From an uncultured Lachnospiraceae bacterium (GTDB taxonomy: Bacteria; Bacillota; Clostridia; Lachnospirales; Lachnospiraceae): a stretch of 64,000 nucleotides of DNA. The translations under genes and the position numbers were made by a program. The notes beneath the pieces are model-generated. The model worked only from the letters and a program-made list of their open reading frames with translations, was not told where the DNA came from and searched no databases. Shown one piece after another: positions 45,121 to 55,420 of the stretch. The first letter of the stretch is position 1. Each line of letters starts with the position of its first letter. Location of the stretch: NCBI GenBank assembly GCA_947169235.1, contig CAMVOY010000001.1, positions 6,743 to 70,742 of the forward strand, written 5' to 3'.

Positions 45121-46821
45121 ATGTGTGCGATACTGACTTATGCCCGCACGGATGTGACTGAAAACTTCTTTACGGATATGCTCATGAAGACACAGTCGAG
45201 GGGTCCGGATATGACTGACCATATCAAGACTAAGGGTGGTTGGATCGGATTCAACCGTCTGTCGATCATGGGACCGGAGCCCACGGGAATGCAGCCGTTT
45301 ACGCATCGCGGAAATGCGGTTGTATGTAACGGTGAGATCTATGGATTCGGACCGTTAAAAGAGTATCTGGCTTCGATCGGATATCCGTTTGAAAGCGGAA
45401 GTGACTGCGAACTGTTGATGCCACTTTATGAGAAACTCGGCACGGCGATGTTTGGCATATTGGATGCGGAGTTTGCATGTGTCATCTATGACGGGGAGAA
45501 AAATGAGTTCATAGCCGCGAGAGATCCGATCGGGATCAGACCTTTGTACTACGGATATGACGAAGACGGATATATCATTTTTGCATCAGAGCCTAAAAAC
45601 ATGGTGGGGGTAGTTAAGGAAATAAAACCGTTTCCGCCTGGGCATTTTTATAAGGACGGGGAGTTCGTATGTTACCGCGATATGACAACGGGCGGTGTTT
45701 ATGCGAAGGATGAATGGAACCCCGGAAAGGCAGGACAGGGACGGCACTTAAGCGGAGTCGGAAACGCCCTGAGTCGAAAGACCAAAGGCAGCATGACGCT
45801 GTCGAACGGGATCGGGATTCACGACGAGGGAGTCGATGCGATCTGTGAGGGAATACACGACAGACTGTTAAACGGTATCAGAAAAAGACTTACCGCAGAC
45901 CAGCCGGTAGGATTCCTACTCTCGGGAGGACTTGATTCTTCACTGGTATGCGGAGCGGCAGCTAAGCTGTGGGACGGTCCGATCGAGACATTTGCTATCG
46001 GAATGGATATCGATGCGATCGATCTGAAATACGCGAGACAGGTTGCCGATTATATCCATTCAAATCACCATGAGGTGATAATCACGGCAGACGATGTCAT
46101 CGAGGCTGTCGAGCCGGTAATACAGGCGCTCGCTACATATGACATTACGACGATCAGAGCGTCGATAGGAATGTATCTTCTCTGCAAATGGATCCATGAG
46201 AACACCAACATAAAGGTGCTCCTCACCGGAGAGATATCGGATGAGCTGTTCGGATACAAATACACCGACTTTGCACCGGATGCGGAGAGCTTCCAGGAGG
46301 AATCGAAAAAAAGGATCAGGGAGCTTCATATGTATGATGTGCTCCGCGCCGATCGCTGCATCAGCGTAAACTCACTTGAGGCGAGGGTGCCGTTCGGAGA
46401 TCTCGATTTCGTCGATTACGTGATGGCGATCGATCCTGAGAAAAAGATGAACACCTACGGCATCGGAAAGTATCTTTTGAGACACGCTTTTGAAAATGAC
46501 GAGCTGATACCTCACGAGATACTGATGAGAGAAAAGGCAGCGTTCTCTGACGCGGTTGGGCACTCACTAAGAGACGACCTGATGGACTTCGCTGAAAAGA
46601 CCTACACAGACGAATCATTTGAAGAAGGAATAAAAAAGTATTCGCACGCACAGCCGTTTACCAAGGAGTCACTCCTATACCGTGACATCTTCGAAAAATA
46701 TTATCCGGGCCAATCCCATATGGTAGACGATTTCTGGATGCCGAATAAGTCCTGGGAAGGCTGTAACGTTAATGATCCGTCGGCGCGCGTTCTGTCAAAT
46801 TATGGCGCGAGCGGAGAGTAA
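45121..46821 (+). CDS. asnB: asparagine synthase (glutamine-hydrolysing)
   Basis: N-terminal MCAI nucleophile Cys2, the PP-loop LLSGGLDSS, and conserved C-terminal synthetase blocks. Confidence 0.9.
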   Translation: MCAILTYARTDVTENFFTDMLMKTQSRGPDMTDHIKTKGGWIGFNRLSIMGPEPTGMQPFTHRGNAVVCNGEIYGFGPLKEYLASIGYPFESGSDCELLMPLYEKLGTAMFGILDAEFACVIYDGEKNEFIAARDPIGIRPLYYGYDEDGYIIFASEPKNMVGVVKEIKPFPPGHFYKDGEFVCYRDMTTGGVYAKDEWNPGKAGQGRHLSGVGNALSRKTKGSMTLSNGIGIHDEGVDAICEGIHDRLLNGIRKRLTADQPVGFLLSGGLDSSLVCGAAAKLWDGPIETFAIGMDIDAIDLKYARQVADYIHSNHHEVIITADDVIEAVEPVIQALATYDITTIRASIGMYLLCKWIHENTNIKVLLTGEISDELFGYKYTDFAPDAESFQEESKKRIRELHMYDVLRADRCISVNSLEARVPFGDLDFVDYVMAIDPEKKMNTYGIGKYLLRHAFENDELIPHEILMREKAAFSDAVGHSLRDDLMDFAEKTYTDESFEEGIKKYSHAQPFTKESLLYRDIFEKYYPGQSHMVDDFWMPNKSWEGCNVNDPSARVLSNYGASGE

Positions 46822-46927
46822 TTGTGGCGCGAGCGGAGAATAATATTAGCGCGAGCGCTATGGTAGCTTTATATCCTCGCTCGCGCATATGAAGCGCTCC
46901 TCGGATATAAACTACCGCCGCTCGCGC
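46801..46927 (+). repeat. GC-rich repeat cluster: 3 direct and 2 inverted copies of GCGCGAGCG
   Basis: Direct copies at 46805, 46827 and 46849 (22-nt period). Inverted copies CGCTCGCGC at 46878 and 46919. The first two units duplicate the last 21 nt of asnB, stop codon included (19/21 identical). Confidence 0.8.
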
Positions 46928-47029
46928 GGGAACACTAAAGAATAGTTTGTTCATCCGACAAGCAAAGATTAACAACGAGGGTTTGTTTGTACCAATTGGA
47001 GTATAAACTCCACATGTAACCAAAAAGCA

Positions 47030-47109
47030 TGTGCAAGCGGCAGGAGATATATTCCGAGGAGTGCTTTAATGCACGAGCGAGGAATATATACTCCGATCGC
47101 GCTTGCACA
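47030..47109 (+). other. 80-nt extended imperfect hairpin just upstream of the glnN RBS
   Basis: TGTGCAAGCG/CGCTTGCACA (47030-39/47100-09), GGAGATATATTCC/GGAATATATACTCC (47043-55/47081-94), GTGC-TTTAAT-GCAC (47061-74). No U-run follows. Confidence 0.6.
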
Positions 47110-47140
47110 GGAAACTTTAGTAAAATAGGAGGGAATTATC

Positions 47141-49249
47141 ATGATGGAAGCAAAGAGATTACCTGAGGAATACGGAAGTTTAGTTTTCGGCGACAAGGTT
47201 ATGCGCGAGCGTCTGCCAAAGGATGTTTACAAAGCAGTCCACAAGACGATCGTAAGCGGCACGCATCTTGAACTCGACGTCGCCAACGCAGTTGCAGTGG
47301 CGATGAAGGAATGGGCGATCGAGAACGGTGCGACACACTACACACACTGGTTCCAGCCGATGACAGGACTCACCGCTGAGAAACATGACAGCTTTATCTC
47401 ACCGGAAGGTGACGGCAGTGTGATCATGGAGTTCTCAGGTAAAGAGCTTGTAAAGGGAGAGCCGGATGCGTCGAGTTTTCCGTCCGGAGGCTTGCGTGCT
47501 ACATTTGAGGCGAGAGGATATACCGCATGGGATCCTTCTTCACCGGCATTTATCAAGGACGGATCGCTCTACATCCCGACAGCGTTCTGCTCATACGGAG
47601 GCGAGGCTCTCGATAAAAAGACACCGCTTCTGCGTTCTATGGAAGCGCTTTCTAAGGAAGCGGTAAAAATAATGAACATCCTGGGTTATGAGGATGTAAG
47701 TCGGGTAAATACAACGATCGGATCCGAGCAGGAATATTTCCTTATCGACAAGGAAGATTATAAACAGAGAAAGGACCTTCTCTTCACGGGACGTACTCTT
47801 ATCGGTGCGCCTGCTACAAAGGGACAGGAGATGGAGGATCACTACTTCGGAGTTATCAAGCCGAAGGTATCAGCATTCATGCATGATCTCGATGAGGAGC
47901 TGTGGAAGCTCGGTATCCCGGCAAAGACCAAGCACAACGAGGTTGCTCCTTCACAGCACGAGATGGCTCCTGTTTTTGAGACGGCAAATGTGGCTGTCGA
48001 TCACAACCAGCTGACTATGGAGGTTATGAAAAAAGTTGCCGACAAGCACGGATATGCATGCCTCCTTCATGAAAAACCATTCGACGGTATCAACGGTTCA
48101 GGAAAGCATAATAACTGGTCAATCTGTACGGACACCGGTATCAACCTCCTTGATCCGGGCAAGCATCCTGATGACAACGTACCGTTCCTCGTAACACTGA
48201 TCGCGGTTATCGCGGCGGTTGACGAGTACGCTGAGCAGCTTCGTCTGTCGGTGGCATCTGCAGGAAATGATCATCGACTCGGAGCAAACGAGGCGCCGCC
48301 GGCAGTTATCTCAATCTTCGTCGGCGATGAGCTTGCAAAGGTGCTTGAGAGCATCGAGCAGGGTACAGCCTTCAAGGGCGGAGCAAAGGTAAAAATGGAG
48401 ATGGGTGCTGAAGTACTTCCGCACATCACCAAGGATAACACGGACCGTAACCGTACATCACCGTTTGCCTTCACGGGCAACAAGTTCGAGTTCCGTATGC
48501 CGGGTTCAAGCGTGTCAGTTGCAAACGCAAACATCGTACTCAACACGGCAGTTGCCGAGATCCTCTCACGCATGAGCGCAGAGCTCGACGGACTTACCGG
48601 AGACGCTCTTCATGACAAACTGACAGAGCTCTTAAAGACAACACTTGTTGATCACAAGAGAGTACTTTTTAACGGAAACGGATATACGGACGAGTGGATC
48701 GAGGAAGCAGCAAAGAGAGGTCTTCCGAACCTCAAGTCACTTCCGGATGCCATGCCGGAGTGGATCTCAGACAAGTCGATCAAGCTCTTTACTTCACACC
48801 AGATCTTCACTGAGGAAGAGATCAGATCACGTTATGAGATACTGCTTGAGAATTATTCAAAGTCGATCAATATCGAAGCGCTCACCATGCAGGAGATGGT
48901 TCGCAAGGATCTGACTTCAGGGATCATAGCGTATGAGCAGGATCTTACAAATGAGATCCTCCAGAAGGAGAAAGCGCTTCCGGGCGCCAAGGCAGCACTT
49001 GAGGGACAGATCCTTAAAACTCTTGATGATACATCAGCGGAGATCGCTGAGAAACTCGAGACCCTGAAAAAGGATACGTTCGAGGCTGAGAGTATCAAGG
49101 ATGTCCAGAAGCAGGCTGACTTCTATGAGAAAAAAGTCCTTGCTGATATGGATGAGTTGAGAATATATGCAGATCAGGCAGAGGCACTTATCCCTGATGA
49201 GTATCTCAGCTATCCGACCTACGGACAGATGCTGTTTTCACTCAGATGA
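47141..49249 (+). CDS. glnN: glutamine synthetase type III
   Basis: 702 aa. N-terminus ..FGDKVMRERLPKDVYKAV..ATHYTHWFQPMTG is typical of GS-III. RBS GGAGGG. Confidence 0.9.
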   Translation: MMEAKRLPEEYGSLVFGDKVMRERLPKDVYKAVHKTIVSGTHLELDVANAVAVAMKEWAIENGATHYTHWFQPMTGLTAEKHDSFISPEGDGSVIMEFSGKELVKGEPDASSFPSGGLRATFEARGYTAWDPSSPAFIKDGSLYIPTAFCSYGGEALDKKTPLLRSMEALSKEAVKIMNILGYEDVSRVNTTIGSEQEYFLIDKEDYKQRKDLLFTGRTLIGAPATKGQEMEDHYFGVIKPKVSAFMHDLDEELWKLGIPAKTKHNEVAPSQHEMAPVFETANVAVDHNQLTMEVMKKVADKHGYACLLHEKPFDGINGSGKHNNWSICTDTGINLLDPGKHPDDNVPFLVTLIAVIAAVDEYAEQLRLSVASAGNDHRLGANEAPPAVISIFVGDELAKVLESIEQGTAFKGGAKVKMEMGAEVLPHITKDNTDRNRTSPFAFTGNKFEFRMPGSSVSVANANIVLNTAVAEILSRMSAELDGLTGDALHDKLTELLKTTLVDHKRVLFNGNGYTDEWIEEAAKRGLPNLKSLPDAMPEWISDKSIKLFTSHQIFTEEEIRSRYEILLENYSKSINIEALTMQEMVRKDLTSGIIAYEQDLTNEILQKEKALPGAKAALEGQILKTLDDTSAEIAEKLETLKKDTFEAESIKDVQKQADFYEKKVLADMDELRIYADQAEALIPDEYLSYPTYGQMLFSLR

Positions 49250-49279
49250 TGAGATCAAATATGCTGTAATTTAGAATGG

Positions 49280-52200
49280 ATGATGATGATGAATAATAGT
49301 GACAATAATAATCAGGTTATTAATGCCGATTGGTGGAAAAATGAACACGATGCTTGTGGTATCGGAGCTGTTATAAATATTGACGGCAAGAAGGACCATA
49401 GGGTACTTGATGATGCATTAAGCATCGTTGAAAAACTGGAGCACCGCGCCGGGAAGGACGCTACCGGAAAGGTCGGTGACGGTGTCGGGATCCTGACTCA
49501 GATCTCGCACACATTTTTCAAAAAAATATGTAAAAGATCAGGTATAGAAATTGGCGATGAAGGCGACTACGGAATCGGTATGTTTTTCTTTCCGCAGGAT
49601 GATATCAAGCGTCGTTTTGCAATGAGGATGCTTGAGGTCATCGCGGAAAAGGAAGGCATCGGGTTCCTCGGCTGGCGTGATGTGGATACGCATCCGGAGT
49701 TACTCGGTCAGGTGGCCGTGGACTGCATGCCTCATATCAGCCAGTGCTTTCTCAAGAGACCTGACGATGTAGAAAAGGGACTCGATTTCGACAGAAGACT
49801 TTTCTGTCTGCGTCGTGAATATGAGCAGAGTTCCGAGGATACATATATCTGTTCACTGTCCTCTCGTACCATCGTGTACAAGGGTATGTTTTTGGTAGGA
49901 CAGCTCAGAAACTTCTACGAGGATCTGCTGTCAAAGGATTATAAAACAGCGATCGCACTCGTTCACTCCAGATTCTCGACCAATACCACTCCGTCATGGC
50001 AGCGTGCTCATCCGTATCGTATGATCGCGCACAACGGTGAGATCAACACGATCCGCGGTAATGCAGATCGTATGCTCGCCCGTGAGGAGACCATGAGCGG
50101 AGCGGTCCTTACTGACGATCTCAAAAAAGTATATCCTGTTATCGCAGCATCAGGTTCTGATTCCGCGATGCTTGATAACACATTGGAATTCCTTTACATG
50201 AACGGAATGGAGCTCCCACTCGCCATGATGATCACGGTACCGGAGCCGTGGAAACATGATGACGCGATGAGTCAGGAGCGCAAAGATTTTTATCACTATT
50301 ATGCAACCATGATGGAGCCATGGGACGGCCCGGCAGCCATTCTTTTTACAGACGGAGAACTATTCGGTGCGACGCTCGACAGAAACGGACTTCGTCCGAG
50401 CCGTTACTATGTAACAAAGGATAAGAGGCTCATCCTCGCATCAGAGGTGGGTGTACTTGACATACCCGAGGATACGATCGAAAAGAAATCGAGACTGTCA
50501 CCGGGAAGGATGCTCGTAGTTGATACCAAAGAGGGCAGGATCCTCACAGATACGGAGCTCAAGGAGCGTTATGCTCACGCTCATCCGTACGGCGAGTGGC
50601 TCGATCGTCATCTTCTTCATTTGGATCATTTAAACATCCCGAATAAAAAGATCCCGACACATGAGCAGTCTGTACGTGACCGTCTTTACAAGGTTTTCGG
50701 TTACTCCTATGAGGATATAAAAAACCAGATACTCCCGATGGCGATGGACGGCGTGGAGCCTACGGTATCAATGGGAAATGATGTTCCGCTCGCGATGCTC
50801 TCATCACATCACCAGCCGCTGTTCTGTTATTTCAAGCAGTTATTCGCGCAGGTGACCAATCCGCCGATCGATTCACTCAGGGAGAAGATCGTAACAGATA
50901 CCACCGTCTACATAGGTTCAGACGGTGATCTTTTGCAGGTAAAGAGTGACAACTGTCGTGTGCTCGAGGTGAACAGCCCGATCCTTACCGGTGTAGATCT
51001 GATGAAGATAGAAGCGCTCGATATGGAGGGATTCCGCACTGCAAAGGTGTCATTACTTTATTATAAAAATACTCCGCTCGAGCGTGCTCTCGATCAGTTA
51101 AACATTGCAGTTGACAGAGCCGTATCAGAGGGGGCAAATATAATCACTCTTTCAGACCGCGGTGTCGATGAAAACCATATGCCGATACCGTCACTTCTTG
51201 CGGTATCATCGGTTGAGCAGCATCTGGTACGCACCAAGAAGAGAACCCAGGTATCACTTATACTCGAGAGCGGCGAGCCGAGAGATGTGCATCAGATCGC
51301 ATGCCTTCTTGGCTATGGTGTACGTGCCATCCATCCTTATCTCGCGCATGAATGCATCGCCGAGATGATAGACATCGGCATGATCGATAAGGATTATCAT
51401 ACTGCGATTGAAGATTATAACAAAGCACTTTTAAACGGTGTAGTAAAGATCGCTGCGAAAATGGGAATATCAACGCTGCAGTCTTATCAGTCTGCGCGTA
51501 TTTTTGAAGCGATCGGATTATCTAAAGAATTGATAGATACTTACTTTACAGGTACCGTGAGTCGCGCAGGCGGTATCGGGATCCGTGAGATCGGAGAGGA
51601 TGTAGAGCTGTGTCATAATAAGGCATTTGATCCTTTGGGTCTTCCTGTTGACTCGACGCTTGATTCGATCGGTTTCCATGGACTCAGAAGCGGTGCCGAC
51701 AAAGAGGATCATATGTACACGCCGAAGACGATCGTAACACTCCAGCGTGCAGTAAGAGAGGGCGACTACGATATATTCAAGGAGTACGCCCGTATGGTCG
51801 ACGACGAGAACAGACCGCATACGCTGCGAGCGCTGCTCGAGTTTATTCCGGCTAAAAAACCTATTCCTTTGGATGAAGTGGAGAGCGAGGATGAAATAGT
51901 AAAACGCTTCCAGACAGGAGCCATGTCATATGGTTCCCTGTCACAGGAGGCGCACGAGACGCTCGCGATCGCCATGAACAGACTCGGTGGCAGATCAAAT
52001 ACGGGCGAAGGTGGCGAGGCTACTGAGCGTTTCGGAACGGAGAGAAACTCTGCGGTCAAGCAGGTGGCCAGCGGAAGGTTCGGTGTGACCTCTAGCTACC
52101 TCATGAGCGCAAAAGAAATACAGATAAAAATGGCCCAGGGCGCGAAGCCCGGCGAGGGCGGACATCTCCCCGGCAAAAAGGTTTACCCGTGGGTAGCCAA

Positions 52201-53833
52201 GACCAGATTTTCAACACCGGGTGTATCACTTATCTCACCGCCACCGCACCATGATATCTACTCGATCGAGGATCTGGCTCAGTTGATCTACGATCTGAAA
52301 AATGCCAACGACCGGGCCCGTATCTCAGTCAAGCTTGTATCCGAGGCAGGAGTAGGAACCATCGCATCAGGTGTTGCAAAAGCCGGTGCGGGCGCCATTC
52401 TTATCTCAGGATACGACGGAGGAACAGGAGCAGCGCCATCCTCGTCAGTACATCATGCGGGACTTCCGTGGGAGCTCGGTGTCAGTGAGGCACACAGGAG
52501 TCTGGTTGAGAACGGACTTCGTTCACATGTCGTCCTCGAGACAGACGGAAAGCTGATGACCGGACGTGATGTAGCGATCGCGGCCCTGCTTGGAGCAGAG
52601 GAGTTTGGCTTTGCGACAGCTCCGCTTGTTTCTCTCGGATGTATGATGATGAGAGTCTGCTCGAAGGATACTTGTCCGGTAGGTATCGCGACTCAGAATG
52701 AATGCCTGAGAAAGCGTTTCGCAGGAAAGCCGGAGCATGTGATGAACTTCATGAGATTTGTGGCAAGACAGCTCCGTGAGATCATGAGCGAGATGGGATT
52801 CAAATCCGTCGAGGAGATGGTAGGCCGTACGGATCGATTGAAGACGAGACTTGAAGGTCGTACGGATCGTGCGGTGCTCGCTGATCTTTCAAGGATACTG
52901 AACAGCGATTACGCTGAAAAGAAAGAGCTTAACACTCATTTCATAAAGAAAAATGCATACGATTTCGGTCTTGATAAAACGATCGATGCAAAGTCTCTGA
53001 TCCCTGCTTATAAAAAGAAAAAGGGTAAGGGAGCACAGACCATCGAGGTCGAGATCTCGAGTACCGACAGATCGTTTGGAACTCTCCTCGGATCTCGCAT
53101 CACTGCTGATCATGAGGACAAACTTAAGGATGACGCAGTCACTGTAGTGGCTCACGGAGGAGCAGGTCAGTCATTCGGTGCATATATTCCGAACGGTCTC
53201 ACGCTGAGGCTTTACGGTGACGCGAATGACGGTTTCGGTAAAGGCCTCTCAGGAGGAAAGCTGATCGTAACTCCTGCAAAGGAAGCAGCATACGATGCAC
53301 ATGATAACATCATCATCGGCAATGTCGCTCTTTATGGAGCGACTGCCGGAAAGGCATATATAAACGGTATCGCAGGAGAACGTTTCTGCGTCAGGAATTC
53401 GGGCGCGACTGCTGTAGCAGAGGGCTGCGGTGATCATGGTCTGGAGTACATGACAGGAGGACGCGCAGTGATACTCGGTATGACCGGAAAGAACTTTGCA
53501 GCCGGTATGAGCGGCGGTATCGCTTATGTCCTTGATACCGAGCATACCCTGTATCTGAGGATGAACAAGGATATGGCTTCGCTTACCGAAGTTACCGGTG
53601 AATATGATATTATAGAGCTTAAATCGATCCTTACTGACTATGTGAAGGAGACAGGGTCAGAGTTCGGAAAAACCGTGCTTGATAACTTCGATGAGTATCT
53701 TCCGGATTTCAAGAAGATCGTTCCGAATGACTATCAGAAGATGTTAACTGCGATAAGTCATTTCGAAGAGCAGGGTATAGATCCTGAAACAGCAGTATAC
53801 GAAGCATTCAAAGAAGTTACAGGGACAAACTGA
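49280..53833 (+). CDS. gltB: glutamate synthase large subunit
   Basis: 1517 aa with an N-terminal Ntn amidotransferase Cys (HDACGIGAV), an FMN/Fe-S central domain and a C-terminal GXGXG domain. Which of the four tandem ATG codons is the start is unresolved. Confidence 0.95.
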   Translation: MMMMNNSDNNNQVINADWWKNEHDACGIGAVINIDGKKDHRVLDDALSIVEKLEHRAGKDATGKVGDGVGILTQISHTFFKKICKRSGIEIGDEGDYGIGMFFFPQDDIKRRFAMRMLEVIAEKEGIGFLGWRDVDTHPELLGQVAVDCMPHISQCFLKRPDDVEKGLDFDRRLFCLRREYEQSSEDTYICSLSSRTIVYKGMFLVGQLRNFYEDLLSKDYKTAIALVHSRFSTNTTPSWQRAHPYRMIAHNGEINTIRGNADRMLAREETMSGAVLTDDLKKVYPVIAASGSDSAMLDNTLEFLYMNGMELPLAMMITVPEPWKHDDAMSQERKDFYHYYATMMEPWDGPAAILFTDGELFGATLDRNGLRPSRYYVTKDKRLILASEVGVLDIPEDTIEKKSRLSPGRMLVVDTKEGRILTDTELKERYAHAHPYGEWLDRHLLHLDHLNIPNKKIPTHEQSVRDRLYKVFGYSYEDIKNQILPMAMDGVEPTVSMGNDVPLAMLSSHHQPLFCYFKQLFAQVTNPPIDSLREKIVTDTTVYIGSDGDLLQVKSDNCRVLEVNSPILTGVDLMKIEALDMEGFRTAKVSLLYYKNTPLERALDQLNIAVDRAVSEGANIITLSDRGVDENHMPIPSLLAVSSVEQHLVRTKKRTQVSLILESGEPRDVHQIACLLGYGVRAIHPYLAHECIAEMIDIGMIDKDYHTAIEDYNKALLNGVVKIAAKMGISTLQSYQSARIFEAIGLSKELIDTYFTGTVSRAGGIGIREIGEDVELCHNKAFDPLGLPVDSTLDSIGFHGLRSGADKEDHMYTPKTIVTLQRAVREGDYDIFKEYARMVDDENRPHTLRALLEFIPAKKPIPLDEVESEDEIVKRFQTGAMSYGSLSQEAHETLAIAMNRLGGRSNTGEGGEATERFGTERNSAVKQVASGRFGVTSSYLMSAKEIQIKMAQGAKPGEGGHLPGKKVYPWVAKTRFSTPGVSLISPPPHHDIYSIEDLAQLIYDLKNANDRARISVKLVSEAGVGTIASGVAKAGAGAILISGYDGGTGAAPSSSVHHAGLPWELGVSEAHRSLVENGLRSHVVLETDGKLMTGRDVAIAALLGAEEFGFATAPLVSLGCMMMRVCSKDTCPVGIATQNECLRKRFAGKPEHVMNFMRFVARQLREIMSEMGFKSVEEMVGRTDRLKTRLEGRTDRAVLADLSRILNSDYAEKKELNTHFIKKNAYDFGLDKTIDAKSLIPAYKKKKGKGAQTIEVEISSTDRSFGTLLGSRITADHEDKLKDDAVTVVAHGGAGQSFGAYIPNGLTLRLYGDANDGFGKGLSGGKLIVTPAKEAAYDAHDNIIIGNVALYGATAGKAYINGIAGERFCVRNSGATAVAEGCGDHGLEYMTGGRAVILGMTGKNFAAGMSGGIAYVLDTEHTLYLRMNKDMASLTEVTGEYDIIELKSILTDYVKETGSEFGKTVLDNFDEYLPDFKKIVPNDYQKMLTAISHFEEQGIDPETAVYEAFKEVTGTN

Positions 53834-53936
53834 CAGTTTCCGATCAGGGGTTTGAACTGCGCAACAACGCTCGCAAATGCCCCCTTGTAAAAACTGTTAT
53901 CCGGACCCCTTGCATTTTTAGAAATGGAGTGATAGA

Positions 53937-55403
53937 ATGGGTAAGATTGGTGGATTTTTGGAATATGATCGAAAGGAGAATCAGAAAGTTTCTCCGATTG
54001 ACAGGATTAAGAGTTTCCGGGAATTCTATGTCGTAAATAATGCCGAGGAGCGAAGATGTCAGGCGGCGAGATGTATGGACTGCGGGGTGCCGTTCTGTCA
54101 GTCGGCGATGAGCCTTGGCGGGATGGTTGTAGGATGTCCGCTTCACAACCTGATCCCGGAATGGAATGATGCTATATTCAGAGAGCAGGACAAGCATGCG
54201 TTAAGCAGACTTTTAAAAACGAATCCTTTTCCGGAGTTTACGGGCAGGGTTTGTCCGGCGCTGTGTGAGAAGGCCTGCATCAATGGTCAGGACGGTGAGA
54301 GTGTCACTGTTCATGATAACGAGAGATACATCATTGAGACAGCTTATAAAAATGGCTGGATGAAGCCGCGTGAGATCCGCCACAGAAGCGGCAAAAAGGT
54401 TGCGGTGATCGGCAGCGGTCCGTCCGGACTGAGCACTGCAGATACGCTTAATAAGCGAGGTCATCAGGTGACCGTATTTGAGAGAGAGGATCGCATCGGC
54501 GGACTCCTCATGTATGGTATCCCAAATATGAAGCTTGATAAGGAAGTTATATCACGCAGGCAAAAGCTCATGGAGGAAGAAGGAGTAGTCTTTAAGACAG
54601 GTGTGGATGTCGGAAGGGATATAAAGATAGCCCAACTGAAAAAAGACTATGATGCCATCGTGATGTGCTGTGGAGCAAAGAAAGCAAGGGCGCTTACGGC
54701 AAAGGGAATCGATGGAGTAAAGGGTGTCAGATTTGCCGTTGATTTTCTCACGGAGGTAACGAAAAATCTCCTTGAGGATACGCTTGATAAATCCGTTTCC
54801 AAACAGGTTAAAAATAAGCATATTGTAGTGGTCGGCGGAGGTGATACAGGTAATGATTGTATCGGTACTTCCATAAGACTCGGAGCAAAGAGCGTGACTG
54901 CTCTTGAGATGATGCCGAAGCCGCCTGTAGAGCGTACCGAGAGCAATCCGTGGCCGCAGTGGCCGAAGGTATTAAAAACAGATTACGGTCATGAAGAAGC
55001 CATAGAAAAATATGGTGAAGATCCGAGAGTTTTTGAGACCACTGTTAAAGAAGTTATTTCAGAAAACGGAAAGATAAAAAGTATAGTAACAGTAAAGGTA
55101 AGATTTGAAAACGGAAAGCTTACCGAGGTGAAGGGTTCCGAGCAGACTCTTCCGTGTGACCTTCTTTTGATCGCGGCAGGCTTCGTAGGAGCTGAGGAGT
55201 ATCTTCCGAAAAATGCAAAGATAAAGCTCAGTCCCAAAGGGACGGTAGAAACAGATCAGGGTAGCTACAGCTCGAGCGTTGAGGGCATTTTTACAGCGGG
55301 AGATATGCATCGAGGACAGTCGCTGGTGGTGTGGGCAATCGCAGAAGGAAAGGCCTGCGCCAGAGAGGTAGACGACTATCTGATGGGCTATACTAATCTA
55401 TAA
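53937..55403 (+). CDS. gltD: glutamate synthase small subunit (NADPH)
   Basis: Fe-S cysteine clusters (CMDCGVPFC, CPALCEKAC), dinucleotide folds VAVIGSGPSGL and VVVGGGDTGNDC. Confidence 0.95.
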   Translation: MGKIGGFLEYDRKENQKVSPIDRIKSFREFYVVNNAEERRCQAARCMDCGVPFCQSAMSLGGMVVGCPLHNLIPEWNDAIFREQDKHALSRLLKTNPFPEFTGRVCPALCEKACINGQDGESVTVHDNERYIIETAYKNGWMKPREIRHRSGKKVAVIGSGPSGLSTADTLNKRGHQVTVFEREDRIGGLLMYGIPNMKLDKEVISRRQKLMEEEGVVFKTGVDVGRDIKIAQLKKDYDAIVMCCGAKKARALTAKGIDGVKGVRFAVDFLTEVTKNLLEDTLDKSVSKQVKNKHIVVVGGGDTGNDCIGTSIRLGAKSVTALEMMPKPPVERTESNPWPQWPKVLKTDYGHEEAIEKYGEDPRVFETTVKEVISENGKIKSIVTVKVRFENGKLTEVKGSEQTLPCDLLLIAAGFVGAEEYLPKNAKIKLSPKGTVETDQGSYSSSVEGIFTAGDMHRGQSLVVWAIAEGKACAREVDDYLMGYTNL

Positions 55404-55420
55404 ATAAGGAGACATGATCC

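Noticed and set aside
49276-49296. Six-codon mini-ORF (MDDDDE) and an ATG run overlapping the gltB start, considered as a leader peptide or phase-variable tract
   Set aside because: It is most simply explained as a chance overlap of the ATGATGATGATG start region. There is no associated attenuator structure, and the repeat is too short to argue for slippage.
53834-53936. gltB-gltD spacer checked for an ANTAR-type hairpin or terminator
   Set aside because: It has only direct repeats of CCCCTTG and weak G4/C4 pairings. There is no hexaloop hairpin resembling the three leaders and no stem followed by a U-run.
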